Positions 62,384 through 64,000 of a DNA stretch of 64,000 nt are shown here, piece after piece. The stretch comes from Pseudomonadota bacterium (GTDB lineage Bacteria; Pseudomonadota; Alphaproteobacteria; Rickettsiales; UBA1997), in the NCBI GenBank assembly GCA_018970485.1, contig JAGWWH010000004.1, positions 7,595-71,594 of the forward strand, written 5' to 3'. The notes below the pieces were generated by a model. It did no database searches, was not told where the DNA came from, and was given only the letters and a program-made list of their open reading frames with translations. Position 1 is the first letter of the stretch. Every line of letters begins with the position of its first letter. Made by a program: the position numbers and the translations under genes.

Positions 62384-62412
62384 TTGACACCACAAAAAGG
62401 CCTATCTAGTTA
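62384..62412 (+). promoter_or_regulatory. Candidate promoter for the pilin gene: TTGACA-N17-TAGTTA
   Basis: A perfect -35 hexamer with 17-nt spacing but a poor -10. It would give a leader of roughly 65-70 nt before the ATG at 62485. This is a pattern match only. Confidence 0.3.
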
Positions 62413-62484
62413 CCCGCCACCCGAAGTGCACGGTCTTCACTTAACTACTTCCTCAACTCTATTTAAACAAACTTGTTCACAAAT

Positions 62485-63321
62485 ATGAAAAAAACTTTTT
62501 CTTCAAAAAAATCAGCGTTTTCACTGATTGAGTTATCTATTGTATTGATAATTATCGGCTTGTTGATCGCTGGTGTAACTGGTGGTGCAAGTTTGATTAA
62601 AAGCTCGGAATTGCGCGCAGCAATTTCTGAAGCAAGAGGTTGGTCAACTGCTGTCAACGGCTTTTACAACCAATTCAACGCATTCCCAGGAGATTATATC
62701 AACCCACTTGGTGGTCAAAATGGCGGAGTTGGCAACGGAAACTCACAAATTAACGCTTACACGGTTCTGGCAAATCCTGGTGGAGATGCTTCTGCTGCCG
62801 CAAACTGCGTAACAGCTGGTGTTGCTGGTTCCGTTACAGGAACTTTCAGAGGATGTATGTATGAAGATAACGTAGCTTGGCACCAACTTAGATCTGCTGG
62901 TGTACTCGATACTAATACCGTTTCAGACCCTTCAACCGGACCATTTAATGCTACAACTACTTGGAGCGTAGCAGACAACGCAACATTTGGTACTACTAAC
63001 CCAGGGTCAAAAATCAAATCCTCTGGATGGGTCTTTGATTACAATACGACATCTCTTCAAAACGTTGTTATTCTAACTGGTGCTATCACTACCGCTCCTG
63101 CAACTGTATCAGCCTATGCTGACGGAACTAGAACGACCGGAGCTATCGCACCAGCTGACGCCCTATCAATCGACACTAAAGTCGATGACGGAGTAGCAAA
63201 TACTGGAAGAGTTCAAGCTGTTGAGCCATCAGGCAACACCTGCTTCACAACAACTAGATACGACACCGGTACTACTACCAAAACTTGCGCCCTTGCCTAC
63301 CAAGTTGATCTTAACTCATAG
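62485..63321 (+). CDS. Type IV pilin-like protein with a prepilin N-terminal cleavage/methylation domain
   Basis: The N-terminus MKKTFSSKKSA|FSLIELSIVLIIIGLLIAGV is a class III signal with Glu at +5. It is followed by a G/T/A/N-rich globular part of about 250 aa with two Cys pairs, including a C-terminal NTCFTTTRYDTGTTTKTC. I used the ATG at 62485 rather than the TTG at 62473. Confidence 0.8.
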   Translation: MKKTFSSKKSAFSLIELSIVLIIIGLLIAGVTGGASLIKSSELRAAISEARGWSTAVNGFYNQFNAFPGDYINPLGGQNGGVGNGNSQINAYTVLANPGGDASAAANCVTAGVAGSVTGTFRGCMYEDNVAWHQLRSAGVLDTNTVSDPSTGPFNATTTWSVADNATFGTTNPGSKIKSSGWVFDYNTTSLQNVVILTGAITTAPATVSAYADGTRTTGAIAPADALSIDTKVDDGVANTGRVQAVEPSGNTCFTTTRYDTGTTTKTCALAYQVDLNS

Positions 63322-63349
63322 TCTGAGCTAAAATCCTCTTAAGAAAAAC

Positions 63350-63381
63350 CCCGCCATTCGAAAGAGTGGCGGGGTTTTTTA
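63350..63381 (+). terminator. Rho-independent terminator downstream of the pilin gene
   Basis: CCCCGCCA-TTCGAAAGAG-TGGCGGGG followed by TTTTTT. Confidence 0.85.
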
Positions 63382-63442
63382 TTGCTTAAAAATCCTCTTT
63401 AAAGACCTCTCGTCATTAACCGAAGAAATAAAAAAGGAGCTT

Positions 63443-63727
63443 ATGAAAAGTGACCAAATTATTAATGCTTTGATCAACTTTTTAGTGCCGGTTATTTTTC
63501 TTTACGGATTTTTTTTTCTTGCTGGATTTTTTTCGGAGGGATTTTTTGCACTTATTTACTCAGCAACCCTTTTTTTAAGCGGCTTTGTAGTGCTTTCGGT
63601 TAAGTCTTCGGAGAGAAAAACAATTCCAATATCTTGGTTGGAATTTCTTTCCTTCTTTATTGTGCTGCTTTTGATATCTTACCTGACTTCTGTCTTGATG
63701 TTAATTACTAATCTCTTCTCAATTTAG
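63443..63727 (+). CDS. Small hydrophobic membrane protein, function unknown
   Basis: 94 aa with three predicted TM helices rich in Phe and Leu. I recognise no motif. It is preceded by AAGGAG 7 nt upstream of the ATG. Confidence 0.4.
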   Translation: MKSDQIINALINFLVPVIFLYGFFFLAGFFSEGFFALIYSATLFLSGFVVLSVKSSERKTIPISWLEFLSFFIVLLLISYLTSVLMLITNLFSI

Positions 63728-64000
63728 CTGCTTCCACAAAGGCTTTAAAGATCTTTTTATCAGCCTCTGAAACTGAAAATTCTGGATGCCACTGCACACC
63801 CAAACAAAATGGATGACTGGGATTCTCAATCGCCTCAATAACACCATCCAAAGCATGTCCAGAAGCAATTAGTCCACCACCAACTCTTTTTGCCGCCTGA
63901 TGGTGTGAGGAGTTAGTTTTGATTTTCTTTTCTCCGACAATTCCAAAAAGCTTCGAACCTTCTTCGATCTGCACTTCGTGGTAAGGAGTACAATAATTGC
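63708..64000 (-). CDS. Class I glutamine amidotransferase of the peptidase C26 / gamma-glutamyl-GABA hydrolase (PuuD-like) family, C-terminal part. The gene runs off the right window edge.
   Basis: Contains NSSHHQAAKRVGGGLIASGHALDGVIEAIE...LGVQWHPEF. The frame stays open upstream of the track's GTG to position 64000 (…NYCTPYHEVQIEEG). Confidence 0.8.
   Translation of the reverse strand, partial: NYCTPYHEVQIEEGSKLFGIVGEKKIKTNSSHHQAAKRVGGGLIASGHALDGVIEAIENPSHPFCLGVQWHPEFSVSEADKKIFKAFVEAAKLRRD

Overview
The window is a gene-dense, visibly AT-rich bacterial chromosome segment that is almost entirely housekeeping. The gene content points to an alphaproteobacterium with a reduced and rearranged genome, Rickettsiales- or Holosporales-like; this is inference, since I ran no search. 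The supporting genes are 5-aminolevulinate synthase, HdaA, HemJ, CcmB, SdhE, an LDH-type malate dehydrogenase, a VirD4 coupling protein, and an argS-SPOR gene neighbourhood.

I support about 65 CDS (two are cut by the window edges), one tRNA-Lys(UUU), several hairpin terminators, two tentative promoters, one frameshifted ORF and two repeat classes. I found no rRNA, CRISPR array, transposase, integrase or prophage genes.

I cannot honestly point to a clear new multi-gene system. The signals not explained by ordinary annotation are:
1. A GC-rich nested-palindrome repeat family with three copies. Two fill short intergenic spacers. One is carried in-frame inside recN as a 23-codon insert, analogous to Rickettsia palindromic elements.
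2. A PNPase with a C-terminal tail of roughly 90 aa. It contains about 4.5 tandem R/G/D-rich repeats with alternating charge.
3. A HepT/MntA (HEPN plus minimal nucleotidyltransferase) toxin-antitoxin pair, translationally coupled into the argS-SPOR operon.
4. An orphan virD4 wedged between recN and aroE, with no virB genes nearby.
5. A large type IV pilin-like gene with its own promoter and terminator. It lies two genes downstream of a prepilin peptidase whose second catalytic motif looks divergent.
6. A shared GC-rich motif at the same distance upstream of ppiD and a dsbA-like gene.

All functional calls come from reading the translations for family motifs. No BLAST or HMM search was possible.
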